From Macrostomum lignano (Eukaryota), in assembly GCA_002269645.1 (NCBI GenBank), contig NIVC01004399.1, positions 1 to 47,038 of the forward strand: a stretch of DNA of 47,038 bases. Reading direction: 5' to 3'. Shown here in pieces: positions 24,881 to 37,444 of this stretch. Below the pieces are notes generated by a model. The model saw nothing but the letters and a program-made list of their open reading frames with translations. It had not been told where the DNA came from and ran no database searches. A program made the translations under genes and the position numbers. Within the stretch, counting starts at the first letter, position 1; each line of letters begins with the position of its first letter.

Positions 24881-26753
24881 CTACTGGAAGCGAAATTCTC
24901 CCACCACTGGGAAGTGATCCGACAAGTGCCGAGTCCTGAGCCTGGCGTTGCAGCCGCTGGAATCCGGCGCCACATAGCTCGGCTGAAACGGCGCCGAGAT
25001 GCAAAAATTCACAGGCGCATCGGCAAGCAGGCGGACAGCGCGGATGCTTGAGGACACCGGCTGCTTGTGCTCGCGACTGACGAACACATAGTCCAGCCAC
25101 TGGCGCACCGTGATGCCCGGCTCCACTACGTCATTCTGCCTCGGGTCGTAGGTAGAGCGCAGTGGTCCTCTAAGCCGGGGCAGACGGGCGTTGAGCCTCT
25201 GCAGCAAGCGGCTGACGTGGCCTCGGTTGGCCAGCAGGTCCGCGTTGAAGTCGCCCGCGAAAATTACCGGCTCATTGGGGCTGATCTGGCGAGACTGAGC
25301 GAAGCGGTGCAGTTCATCCGCTTGCTTCTCTCGATAGGCATCGAACTCGGGGCCATCCTCTGCCTGAAAATGTGAGAGGCACCCAGCACCCGACTGCAGC
25401 AAAATTCAAGGCCTATTTATCCTGAGAGCCATCTTAACAATGGAAATACGCTTGTACATCTAAACCCGATCTTGGCTGTACTTCGTATTGACTCCGTTTA
25501 ATTTCATTAGCGGCTATCTGACATCAAAGTTAAAAAACAAGTTACCTGTAAATGTGTGCCAAATAGGTGAAACGCGGAACCCAGCTTGTCTATCTTGGCG
25601 TGAACCACACCTTTGTTGGCTAGAGAATCAGCGCTGCCAGGGTGCGCGTTGAGGTACACCGCCTGCGCCTGCTGCAGGATCGGCCAGCGAGAAGCGACGA
25701 ACACGCCGCCGTTAATCCGCAGACCCCATCGGCGCACTCCGACCGTCCGAGTCGAGTAATTGAATCCGTAGCTGCGAAGCAGGCCGCGCAAACTGAACGT
25801 GTCGCTGCTGTCCGCTAGGCAACCCGGCTGGAATGCCTCCTGGAAAACGATTGCGTCAGCACCGGGGACCTCGGCCAGCAGAGCTGCGGGTCACCGATCA
25901 GTTCCGATATCCGGTATTACAAAACCTACCCTGACTAGGCACCCTGATACAACGCATTCTGACCCATAAGCCGACCCTGTTCTATATCAAACAATCAAGT
26001 GGCCACGCACACACCGGGAGCACAGCGGCCAAAGCTGTCCTTTGGTAGCATCCACAAGGGCGATGACTGCACAGGCGAAGCCTGAGAGCTAACATCGATG
26101 TCATGCAACTCTCCCCGGCTCTTGACTCGTCGAACTCTTTACTCAACGGTGCTTTTTTCCTGGCCCTCCAAAAAAAGCGATTGATTGATCTTTGAGACCC
26201 AACCAGCTCTAACCTCAAACATCGAACTTCGAATTAAAGCTCGAAACATTTTCGGATCTCTATTAATCAGCTTTAGCTCTCTCATCACTCTCAAAGCACT
26301 ACCAGCCTTTACCCCGCGGAATACGGCAGGTTCGCTCCCGCTGCCCGTCATGCGACACCAGGTACGGCCGGGCGAACACATTGTAGGACACTATGGTCAG
26401 CCGGCCGGCATCCGTGCTGTCCAGCCGCTTCGACAGTGTCTTTGCCCGGCAAAAAACCTTCGAACCTGTCCAGCAGGTGCTGCCGTCGCCGGCGGAGTCC
26501 AGTCGGTCGAACAGCAGGTCCAGCTTGCGGCAGCTGCTGGACTGATGAGCGCCGCAGATGGGCGCTGAGCCTGCGAGTTTGGGCAGAAATCAAGTAAAGC
26601 GTATCAATAAAACAGTAAAAATTCCTCGTAGTTACCCAGCCAAACTCCGGCAGTTTCTTGCGCAGCCGCAGTGGAAGACAGCAGCAACAGTAGCAGCAGC
26701 AGATGACGACGAGCACCTGGAAAAATCCAGGAAAATTCCTCTCGAGCTGTCAT
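24881..26753 (-). CDS. Secreted sphingomyelinase C-like EEP phosphodiesterase, 398 aa. Exons 26753-26636, 26570-26313, 25883-25546, 25363-24881
   Basis: Signal peptide (LLLLLLLLSSTAAA-QE) followed by ordered motifs SYNVF, GQRER, FQEAF, NGGV, DSLANKGV, GTHLQA, GDFN, WLDY and SDHFPV. GT-AG phases 1/1/0 are consistent and the total is 1197 nt. Confidence 0.9.
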
Positions 26754-27702
26754 CGTTATTCTAATTTTTGGGCTGGTTAGTTTGATATGTTGCTGAATGC
26801 TTGCGCTGGGAATCCTTAGGCGTTTGGGCCGCTCTATCAGTACCGTTAAACAAAATTGCAAAACTTATGAGTTGCCACCTGTGAGACGAGATTCTGCTTA
26901 TCGTTGCAACAGTTTTGACACTATCAGCAGCAGAAACTGCGTGTCACGCCATGGCTAATGCTTATTTTCGTATAGTACCACGAATGCAAATGACAGTGTT
27001 TCATGGTGACCTTTAGCCCGCAAAGATATCTATAGCATTCAAAGGCATTCAACGCTCAATTTTTTTTTTTAGTTTGCAATTCTGGAACAGTGGAGGTAGC
27101 CCCATTTAAAGAAATTGTAAGACATTCAAAACTTGCTACTTCCAGTGGTAGCGAGATGCACACACAGCTATATAATTTAAAGTAATACTAATAAAAAACT
27201 GCCACTGAAATTTAACGGTCACACGAAAGTACAATACGAGTACAGCCATTTTTTCTACAATAAATTTGAATTTTTAAATTAGCATTCACTACTTTGAGTT
27301 TGGATATTATACGTTTAAATTGGTGATTTTAGGTATGCTTACAGTACATAATAAAACTTAGAAGCTCTCCAAAGTTGCCGAGGAAGTGATCTCGTCCGAC
27401 TGCTCAAAGCAAATATTCGACTAGAGCCGTTTCGCTTCGTACGAATTTCTACTTGCTTGTACTTTATATATCTGGAATTCAAGGCGCTGGCAGATGAATT
27501 GGGAACTGCTTCCAGTACCAGAATTGCCACGTTTTGAGTTTAGTGCCTGCCGGGGCTCATGCTAAAATTCGGAAATGCATTCAGTAGGTCGGAGTTCGGT
27601 TCGACTTCGGTCGGAGTTTCTGCATGTACGATTGCTTAATTCAGAGATTGGGGTGAACGTGTCTGACTCTCGCTCTTCCACATCTGCTTTGACACATTTG
27701 GG

Positions 27703-28920
27703 GAAAAACTCGCGCGGGAAAACCTCCTGCGGGAAAACCTCGCTGCGGGAAAACCTCCTGCGGGAAAACCTCCAGTGGGGAAACCTCCTGCGGGAAACCT
27801 CCTGCGGGAAAACCTCCAGTGGGAAAACCTCCTGCGGGAAACCTCCTGCGGGAAAACCTCCTGCGGGAAAACCTCCAGTGGGAAAACCTCCTGCGGGAAA
27901 CCTCCTGCGGGAAAACCTCCAGTGGGGAAACCTTCTGCGGGAAAACCTCGCTGCGGGAAAACCTCCTGCGGGAAAACCTCCTGCGGGAAAACCTCGGTGG
28001 GAAAACCTCGGTGGGAAAACCTCGGCGGGAAAACCTCGGCGGGAAAACCTCGGCGGGAAAACCTCGGCGGGAAAACCTCCTGCGGGAAAACCTCCTGCGG
28101 GAAAACCTCCAGTGGGGAAACCTCGCTGCGGGAAAACCTCCTGCGGGAAAACCTCCAGTGGGGAAACCTCGCTGCGGGAAAACCTCGCTGCGGGAAAACC
28201 TCCTGCGGGAAAACCTCCAGTGGGGAAACCTCGCTGCGGGAAAACCTCGGCGGGAAAACCTCGGCGGGAAAACCTCGGCGGGAAAACCTCCTGCGGGAAA
28301 ACCTCCTGCGGGAAAACCTCCTGCGGGAAAACCTCCTGCGGGAAAACCTCGCTGCGGGAAAACCTCCAGTGGGGAAACCTCGCTGCGGGAAAACCTCGCT
28401 GCGGGAAAACCTCCAGTGGGGAAACCTCGCTGCGGGAAAACCTCCTGCGGGAAAACCTCGGCGGGAAAACCTCGGCGGGAAAACCTCCAGTGGGGAAACC
28501 TCCTGCGGGAAAACGTCGGCGGGAAAACCTCGGTGGGAAAACCTCGGCGGGAAAACCTCGGCGGGAAAACCTCGGCGGGAAAACCTCGGCGGGAAAACCT
28601 CGGTGGGAAAACTTCGGCGGGAAAACCTCGGCAGGAAAACCTCGGCGGGAAAACCTCGGCGGGAAAACCTCGGCGGGAAAACCTCGGCGGGAAAACCTCG
28701 GTGGGAAAACCTCGGCGGGAAAACCTCGGCGGGAAAACCTCGGCGGGAAAACCTCGGTGGGAAAACTTCGGCGGGAAAACCTCGGCGGGAAAACCTCGGC
28801 GGGAAAACCTCGGCGGGAAAACCTCGGCGGGAAAACCTCGGTGGGAAAACTTCGGCGGGAAAACCTCGGCGGGAAAACCTCGGCGGGAAAACCTCGGCGG
28901 GAAAACCTCCTGCGGGAAAT
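27703..28920. repeat. Variant 14-17-bp tandem array with core GGGAAAACCTC
   Basis: Read directly. Mixed ctgc/cagt/cgctgc variants on the left, a more homogeneous ggc variant on the right. It is the source of five 379-494 aa artefact ORFs. Confidence 0.97.
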
Positions 28921-30503
28921 TTTCGTGCTCCCCGTCTGTGCATCTGGCACCAGGCTAATTCTATAACCATATAATAGAATTTAATCAAAAAATTACCCGT
29001 TTTAAAAAAAAAATTGCATGAAGCATAGCGAGCGCAAGGTTCTTTGTTTATAAAGGGTTTTGGACCCCTTCTCCCGCGTGTCCCTACAAGTAAGTGTGGT
29101 GTGTTGACCGACCAAATCATCTTTCATTGTACTCGGATCCTACTACCAGGACCTCTCGACCAATAGAATCCCTCCCCCCCACATTACCCTTCTACTCCAA
29201 AATACCATACAAGGTAAACGCTACCCTTGAACACTCACACCCCTCCATACACTCAGCTGCCTGACCCCATCTCCAGGCCCCTCCCTCATCCGGCCTGCCC
29301 AACCCCAACCCTGGGCTGCTCCACCAATCTCTCGGCCCACCCCTGCCTCACTCAACCTCTGGTCTGACCCACCTCGTCACCGAGGTCTCCCCTCTCGTCT
29401 CCGTGGCCATACTGTACCATTTTCCTACTACTAATAACTAATTCGAAATAATACTCGTAATTTTACTATGGTTTTTAGACAAGAAAGTTATTTAAATGCA
29501 TTGACCACTCGAGTTCCTCACCCTTGACTCTCCCAATAACTAATTTTACAGAGAATTTTACAGAGATTAGATTTAACTAATCTTAAATTACTATTAATAG
29601 CTTTCGCAACCATAGGCTACTCGATATCTCGAAAAGAACGGAGTAGCAACCTGTTCGCAGTTTTAACCAGTGTCTTCCTGCACTCACGAAGGTGAACTCG
29701 CTTTCGCTGGCCCAGTTATTGAATTTGATCGTTCGCGATTGCGAGTCTTCCGCTTGTATTGATCCGCTTTAGTTCCCTGAAATTTGCTTTCAACTCTCTT
29801 CCTGAAAAAGTCTCGCGCAGCCACAGCAGCAGCATTCCGCTCTTCTCTGTGCAAAGCAGGACAGCCCCCGTTCATACGCCAGCGCTGCAATTTGGTCAGA
29901 GTCGCCTCTCAAACCCGAAGCGTTTGCCTATGGGGTGTCGCAACTGCGCGCGCGGAGAAACCAAAAAATCGTTTTTGCGACTTTCCAATGAATGAGAAGC
30001 AACAGCCTGGCTCGCCACGATCAACTCGACACTCGATGAATCAGGAAACATTTCGACTGCTGTGGCTAAACTCTGCTGGCTCAACGGTAAGTTTCATGAG
30101 TGCGCTTTCTTGATGTGTACAGTGCAGTGCAGTGTAGTAAGAGATGTACTTACAATTTAGTCCGTTCGGTATGTTCTGGTTACGAGCGCGATTTGGGTAA
30201 CAAAGAACTGTATAATTGACTCCTCGAGTCCTTGACTCCTAGACTACGAGTAGACTGATGCAAATATTTTGTTGCATCCTGCCTCCTTTCTATTCGGCAG
30301 CGATTTCTTAACGCCATCTCTTTTAGAAGGCGAATAATTGGGAAAGACTAATTCGCTTCCATTTTCATCGCCTTTTTGTACTAGCTCGTACGAGCTGGTT
30401 ATCTCGATTTTTTTCTATCTGAGCAATATTTTGTATTTTGCTTCCCAATGAGAGTTCAGTGTCAGAATTTCTTGGACATGAATGTTTTGCAGGTTTTTCT
30501 CTC

Positions 30504-30855
<352 letters not shown>

Positions 30856-31080
30856 GAATAAAAGAGGCATCATGGTTCATAAAAAAGCGAAAGTTCAAAC
30901 AAAATACAGTAAGCGTAATTTTTCACATAAAAAATTAATATGGGAATTGCTTAGATGTGAAGGCTCTATAATTGCTCAAATATGCGGTCCACGAGACCAG
31001 GTTCTTCTCAACGCAAAAGTGCACTGCATTACAAAGCCGTATTAGCTCCTAATAAAATCGCCTAATCAACTCAATCAGAT

Positions 31081-32392
31081 ATGCTGCGTCAGCTACTTCG
31101 CCATCTTGCTCGACAGCAGCCCCTGAGCTGGAGGTTCATTTTCTGCGCTGTAATCGCAGTAGCAACCCTCTTGACGATTTGCACTGCACCCATGAGAATT
31201 CGGTCGTTGAACAATGACTTCCCAAAGATGGGCTGCCTTTCGTCCAGTAGACTGCCATTAGCTCGTAAAATCCCAAGCAGTCTGTTTCGACATCTCGGCA
31301 ACTGGAGCTTTGAGGAGCCGGCAAGACTAGCCAAGTTGTGTCGCCCAGACGCCAGACAAACGAATCACGAGTTTCCAGTGAAGCGAGCCTCATTTCCACA
31401 GACTCTGTTAGCAATTGTTCCGATCACTTCGGAAATGTCTGAGCAGCGGAAAGATCTGAGGCGAGTATTGAGCTTGCGTTTCAAACTTTTATTAAAATAA
31501 TTCGTTTTTCAAGTGAAAAAGAGAAAAGGGGCAAAATTAGCACGCCTAAGATCCCACTTAATTGCCTTCCAGACTGACATGGGGCTCCGAATTGAACAAG
31601 AACTTCGGCCAGCTACTATTCCTAGTGCAGCTGGAGTGGGGCACCTCACCACCAAAGGAACTGATGCTGGAAAACCAAAGGCAGCAGGATATCCTGATTG
31701 CCTATCACAATGGTGAGCCCAGAGGTGACTCCTATGGTACGCTGGTGCTAAAGATGATCGCCGGATTGCAATGGTACGCCAAAGCCTGCCGTCGGGGATT
31801 TAAATTTGTGCTCAAATCGGACTACGACTCCTACTGGAACGTTGAGTCTCTTGTCAACCTGCTCCTTCGGCATCGACATTCGGAGCCGCTCGTGCTCGGC
31901 TCAGTTCAGGAGAGCGCCTCTGTGCTTCGCGATCCGCAGTCAGATTTCTACGTATCGCAGGAGGCCTACTCAGACAGTCACTTCCCTGCATACGTGTCGG
32001 GAGGACCTGGCTACGCGATGTCCCGAGCCGCGGCCGTGTCCATCGCCAGCTTGGCCGAGTATCACGTGCCTCGCAATGGCGCTCTGTGGCTGGAGGACGT
32101 ATACATTACTGGGCTGCTTCCGGCTGTGGGCTACTCAACCTGCAACGGCAGCTCAAGTTCCGCATTTTTGCACCTGCACTCGGACTATGTATATATCTGT
32201 CGCTACATGGAGTTTACAGCCGAAATGGTGACGCGGTGGCCACCACTGGCCATGCACCGAGTGCGCGGGCGTCAACTGCACGATCTGCACGCTTGGGCGC
32301 GCAGTGCGGTTGCAGCTGAGATCGCTCAGAAAAAGCATAGCATTGTGTACAGCAGGAAACTGTGTGAGAAAACTGGCAAATCACTACTATGA
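31081..32392 (+). CDS. GT31-family beta-1,3-galactosyltransferase-like type II membrane protein, 399 aa. Exons 31081-31460 and 31573-32392
   Basis: N-terminal signal anchor FIFCAVIAVATLLTICTA, EQRKDLR|LTWG (the family RxxIRxTW motif, formed across the junction), DSYGTLVLK, KSDYD (DxD), FPAYVSGGPGY and EDVYITG. It requires a GC-AG intron at 31461-31572. Acceptor specificity is unknown. Confidence 0.88.
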
Positions 32393-33295
32393 TATTGCTC
32401 TTGGCTTCATAAATTTTGTGCAGTGCTCGAAATGTTGTATGAAATATATATCTGCATGCTGACAGTTTTGCGCCAATGCGAAATACTCTCATGGTTTCAT
32501 GAATAATTTAAATCTGACTCGAAAGGTTCTTAAGGTACATTTTTAGCTTAAAACATTAAGTCGTACAGAAACGTGCGACTAACCTTGTGGACGACTAAAA
32601 GTAAAATGACGCTCGAGCGAATGTTACTAGATTTAGAGGCCGGAATTCGCTGCTAAAAATGATTTTCGAGGGAAATGAAGTTTTTATATCGTTAGCACTA
32701 AATTGGCATACCTAAGAGTTCTCATACTTCTGAATTTTCGATTGAAAATCGAACAAGTATGTATTGCCCACAGATTCTATGACACTAGATGTGTCAATTC
32801 AATGTAAAAAAGTGGTCATTTGGCCTTTCTAGCCGCGCAACGCTCTACCTTGTCGCTCTTCATCGTCGAGCTCATCAACGCATTGAACTGGATCTTCGTC
32901 ACCCGTTTGAGCTTGATGTGGTAGCATTTTTTGCAGAGATGGTAGAGCGTTCCAACACCGCGTTCTCATAACTTTGACCCGGAGGGCACGAATAGGCGAC
33001 ATCTTCTAAGTGCCTGTAGCGCACCATTAGGTTTCTTGCGCAAACGGACTTCAGAGTCTCATTCGCCAGTCGTAGAATATGCAGTAAGTTTGTTGCGATC
33101 GAGTCACTCAGCGGAAATTTCTGCGATTTCACACAATGATGTGCAATCGGGTAGCTCGTACGCTTCAGGGCACCTGAATACGCAACACATCTTGGAATGC
33201 ATGACTAACAGATGTTCAAGCTCTGTTGCAGATGAGGGCGAGTCGGCTGTAGGTGACGGCAGTGGGAGATTATTCAGTATGTCTTTGATATAGAT

Positions 33296-33380
33296 CACGG
33301 GTCGGCAAACTCCGGCCCGCGGCCACATGCGGCCTCTCCATAATGCTTTGAAACTTCACAATAACAATCCGGCCCGCTCA
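33296..33380. mobile_element. Terminal fragment of a hAT (Charlie-like) element
   Basis: cacgggtcggcaaactccggcccgcggccacatgcggcc resembles the CAGGGGTCGGCAA...GGCCCGCGGGCC ends of Charlie-type hATs. I found no partner TIR. Confidence 0.55.
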
Positions 33381-33383
33381 AAT

Positions 33384-33600
33384 CTTGTCTCTCCCTTCTT
33401 CTCTCTCCCCTCTTCTCTCTCCCCTCTACCTCTTCTCTTTCCCCTCTCCCTCTTCTATCTCCCCTCTCCCGTCTCTTCTCTCCTCTTTCCCATCTCTTCT
33501 CTCCATTCTCCCCTCTCCTTTCTCCTCTCCCCCATCTCCTTTTTCCTCTTCTCTTCTCTCTCTTGTCTCATCTCATCTCTCGCTTCTCCTCTCTTCTCTC
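33384..33600. repeat. Pyrimidine-rich (CT) low-complexity tract
   Basis: Read directly. It is the source of the S/L/P/F-rich ORFs at 33327-33687. Confidence 0.9.
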
Positions 33601-33700
33601 ATATTCTATTCCGTCTGCTTTCCACTCTCATCTGGCCCAAAGCCACGAGCTGGATTTATAAACTCAGTTAGAGGCATAGTTTTATAAACTCAACCCTATA

Positions 33701-34972
33701 TCTAGGTTTAAGATCCCAGTTCGCCTGGTGCGCCTAGACAAGGATTTCTGTCGTGCTGGTGCGCAGTCCAGGCAGGCTGACGTATTCAGAACCACAAGAC
33801 TAATTGTGTGGGATGAGATCTCCATGGCTGACCTCAATGACATGGAGGCCGTTGACCGGACTCTGTGGGACATCCGGAAGCAGGATTCGCTATTTGGCGG
33901 AATCGTGCTGGTGTGCTGCGGAGACATCCGGCAGTTGCTTCCGGTGGTGCAGAAAGGAACCAGGGCCAACAGCGTCCAGGCGTGCGTCAATAGGTCCAGC
34001 CTGTGGAGATCATTCCGACGGCACCGCCTGACTCGAAACCTGCGGCTGCTGAGCGGCTCCGATGCTGCGCTGTGTCAGCGCTACTCAAAGCTGCTTATGC
34101 AGTTAATTGCTTTGAGCTGCGTGTAAATATTTTTTATGACATTGTTAGTAAAGAGAAGATATAAAGGGCTAAACGTGCTGTTTAATTCGGGATATACTTT
34201 GAAGGTTCGATTCTTTCGGTTTTCTCCATGCAGATCGGTTCCAGCACTATCCAGAAAGATAGAGCTGCTTCCTCCAGAGATCCTGATGCCGTCCAATGCC
34301 TCGCTGAAGGACTTGATCCAGTTTTTCTACCCATCGTTCGACGCATCTGCGGATAGAGACGGCCATTTCGCCGGCGGAGCCATCCTGGTGCCTTAAAATG
34401 AGTCCGTGGACGCGATCAACGATGAGTGTCTGGCCTTGTTCCCTAGCAGCCTGCGGGAGTAACGGTCTGTGGACAGCGTGTCCGATGAAGACTCCGCCAC
34501 ACACTTCCCACCAGAGCTGCTGAACCGGCTAGAGGCGCCGAACCTGCCAAAGCACCTGCTTAAGTTTAAGGTGGGCATGACGGTGGTTTTGCTGCGGAAC
34601 CCAAACCCACCTCGGCTATGCAATTGCACGCGATTGATTGTTCTGGCACTGGGAGACAATGTACTCCGCTGCAAAGTGGCAGCTGGCCACTTCGCAGGCG
34701 ATGAGGTGCTGCCGCATCGCATCCCGCTGGAGCCGAACAATGTTTTTAAGCGGTTGCGGTTTCCTCAGAGACCCAGCTCCTGCCTGTCGATCCACAAGTC
34801 GCAGGGCCAGTCGCTGGAGACCGTTGGCTTTGACCTTACGGTAGGCGTGCTCACACACGGCCAGCTGTACACGGCGCTGTCTCGAGCGAAATATGCAGGA
34901 AATGTTTGCGTTCGGATTAGCGGTAAAAAGACGCGAAATATTGTGTTCCCGGAGGTGCTCTCTGCAGATTAG
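33701..34972 (+). pseudogene. Helitron-type PIF1 (RepHel) helicase C-terminal remnant
   Basis: SRFKIP, LIVWDEISM, FGGIVLVCCGDIRQLLPV, LTRNLR, KVGMTVVLLRN, IHKSQGQSLE and HGQLYTALSR. In-frame stops at 34394 and 34460, a frameshift near 34260, and no Walker A or Rep domain. Confidence 0.92.
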
Positions 34973-35556
34973 ACTGCCAGCTTTTGATTTTCAGTTTCAG
35001 AACTGTGATGTTCACATTTTTAGCTTAAACCATTTTCAGTTTCCTTTGTTTACGTAATGGTGACTTGCCTTGACAACTATGCAGCAAGCAGTATTTAAGG
35101 GCAAGAAACTGAACAAAACGAATAAAGCGCTACGAGCGTACCATTAAAGCAGGGCCTCAATTCGGGCCCCAAAATTTATGAGAGCGTTAGCTTGATCCTG
35201 TGCATCCAACTAAATGCTTTTCTGGAAATCTTACTGCATGCTGCCGCATCAAGAAAGGTAGGTCTTCCTCCCTCACGGTTAACAAAAACCCCTGTTGAGC
35301 AGTAATCAAGGCAGCAAGAACCAGACAAGTGGCTTTATCTGGAATAAAATTCAGGTAGGCTAAAAGTCATTGTTGTTACTAGACATTTACTAGACATTGC
35401 TAGACATTTTTTATTGAACTAAATCAGCCTCAGCAAGGCGATTAATTGCTTACTTCTAAGTCACGACAAGAGGGAGGTGGCTTAATTTTTTGGAAGCTAT
35501 CAATGTCAAAAGGCCTAGCTTCCGTCGCACCAGTAAGTTCTCTTTACTGGGGAACT

Positions 35557-35830
35557 GCTGAGATGTCAAGGCTTTTGGGGATTTCTGAGATGTCAAGGTC
35601 TACGGCGGGACTTGCCGAGATGTCAAGGCTCACTAGGGAAATTTCTGAGATGTCAAGGCTTTCGGGTTGACTTCTGAGATGTTAAAGCTGACGGGGGATC
35701 GCTGAGATTGCTTGTTTTCGGCGGATGTTTGCTGTTTGGAGATGCTTGCTTTTGGGGGATGCTTGCTACGCTCGTATTTAGGGATTTCTGCTATCGAGGA
35801 TGCTTTCCATCGGATGATGCTTGCTATCTG
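35557..35830. repeat. Degenerate short tandem repeats (ctgagatgtcaagg motif, then gatgcttgct motif)
   Basis: About five copies of the first motif at roughly 30-bp spacing, grading into the second. Confidence 0.65.
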
Positions 35831-36510
35831 AGAATTTTTGAAACCGAAATCTGAATAAGAAAGAGATCAAACAATTCTACAGTGGAAATTTCACGATAAA
35901 GACAGCCTCGTGAAATGATTTTGCGTGGAACAACTAAGGGATGGAGTTGGGATAGCAAGCCCCAACGGGCCTTACAATAAGACACAGTAGAATCAGTCAG
36001 AAATCAAACTCACCTCGACCTTAGGTTCATATTAACTTACCTTATTTAATTTATCTGGGCATCGCATGCCAAATCTACAGGCTGGCTTCATAGTTATTAA
36101 ATTGAGGGTCTAATTATTTATCAAGATAATGCACAGCTCAGCGCCCAGACTTTGTAATTAACAGCCATTCGCGCACCGCACGTAAGTTTACCACACGCAA
36201 AAACTTCACGAATCGATAATTTTCACACGAGTGCCCAGAAGTGTACATTGGCTGGCCAATCGCTGTTAGCGGGGCCGGGGTTGCTTTCCGCCGCCCCTGT
36301 GTTTGGGGTGGGCCTCAATTTGTTTGGTGTTATCAATAAGGCCAGTTGATCAACGAAAACAGTGTACTTTGGTCGTCTTCTCTCTTACACAGCACCCCAA
36401 GTTGCGCAACATACAAAAGCTCAACTTAAGCTATTCTATTTAAGCAACTCTCCACCTAGTCTGACTGTCACATCAAAATTGATCGGCTATAAGGTTATTA
36501 ACTATTTTAA

Positions 36511-37444
36511 TATACTCAGCAACATTGAAAAGTCGCCACCCTTTGTCCCAGTGAGCAGTGTCTTTCGACCAGCGTCTATCACCTAGCCAACCGTTCTGCA
36601 CTCATTTAGTTATTTTTTATTCGTCTTTTTTGCATTCATTTTCGTTATGCGTCATTTTCACTCATTTTCTCTATTTTTTGTTCATTTCCTTCACCTATTA
36701 CTCATTGGCTCATTTCGTCCCTACCCTCGTCTGCACCTAAACCCCCCGCCCCCTCTCTTGCGTCAATTCTCTACCACTCCCCGCATGCTGATTGGCTTCG
36801 CCGTGGCGTTCTGGCCGGGGCCGTGCGTTTGGTTTGCACTCCGCTCTCTCCCTGTCTGTCTGTCGGCTTAGGGTTGTTAGTTATTTCATCTTTGCATCTA
36901 TATTATTAGGGTCGCCTCTTTGCTAGAGTTGTGTTTGCCCGAGGGCTGAAATACCGCACCTACATAACCTAACTAACATAAATAAATCAGAACAGTGGCC
37001 TACGGCTTGAACATGAGTAAGTTAAGTTATCAGAGCGACGACAGCAAGGAACCTCGAGTTCGGCGGCGGCCGAGTAAGTGTGCGAGTCTTTGGTGTGAGT
37101 TCTTTGGGGTCATTCGACCCTGGTTGCTGGCCTCTAGTCTGTGAGTGCAGCGCGACTGAGAGTTGGTGAGCAAGTTGGAGTGCTGACCCTCCCCGCTCGT
37201 ACTGAGCGTGAGCTAAGGCCGGCTGGTCCGTCTCGGGACACAACAAAATGCTTGGAAAAACCCAATGAAAACTAGGCGGAAGCTTCAATCCATCCAATAT
37301 TCGCCCTCCGCTCTTCCCAATCCCTCCTCATCCAGCCCAACTCTGCGTCGCGTGGCGCAAGTTGCGTCACTCAAAAGTCAATACTGAGCTAGAATTTACT
37401 GCTCACTCTCAAAGGTGGCGACTTTTTTATTGTTGTTGAGTTTA
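36511..37444. mobile_element. TA-flanked MITE, long (934 bp) copy of the 16208-16492 family in the opposite orientation
   Basis: Left end tatactcagcaacattgaaaagtcgccac, right end gtggcgacttttttattgttgttgagttta. About 80 and 180 bp at its two ends match the ends of the short copy. Confidence 0.82.

Noticed and set aside
27562-29120. Five overlapping 379-494 aa ORFs (GKPPA, RENL and EVFP repeats)
   Set aside because: The repeat unit lacks stops in several frames on both strands. There is no gene context or domain.
35150-35185. gggcc...ggccc hairpin as the Helitron 3' terminus
   Set aside because: No CTRR at the expected short distance downstream, so the end cannot be placed.
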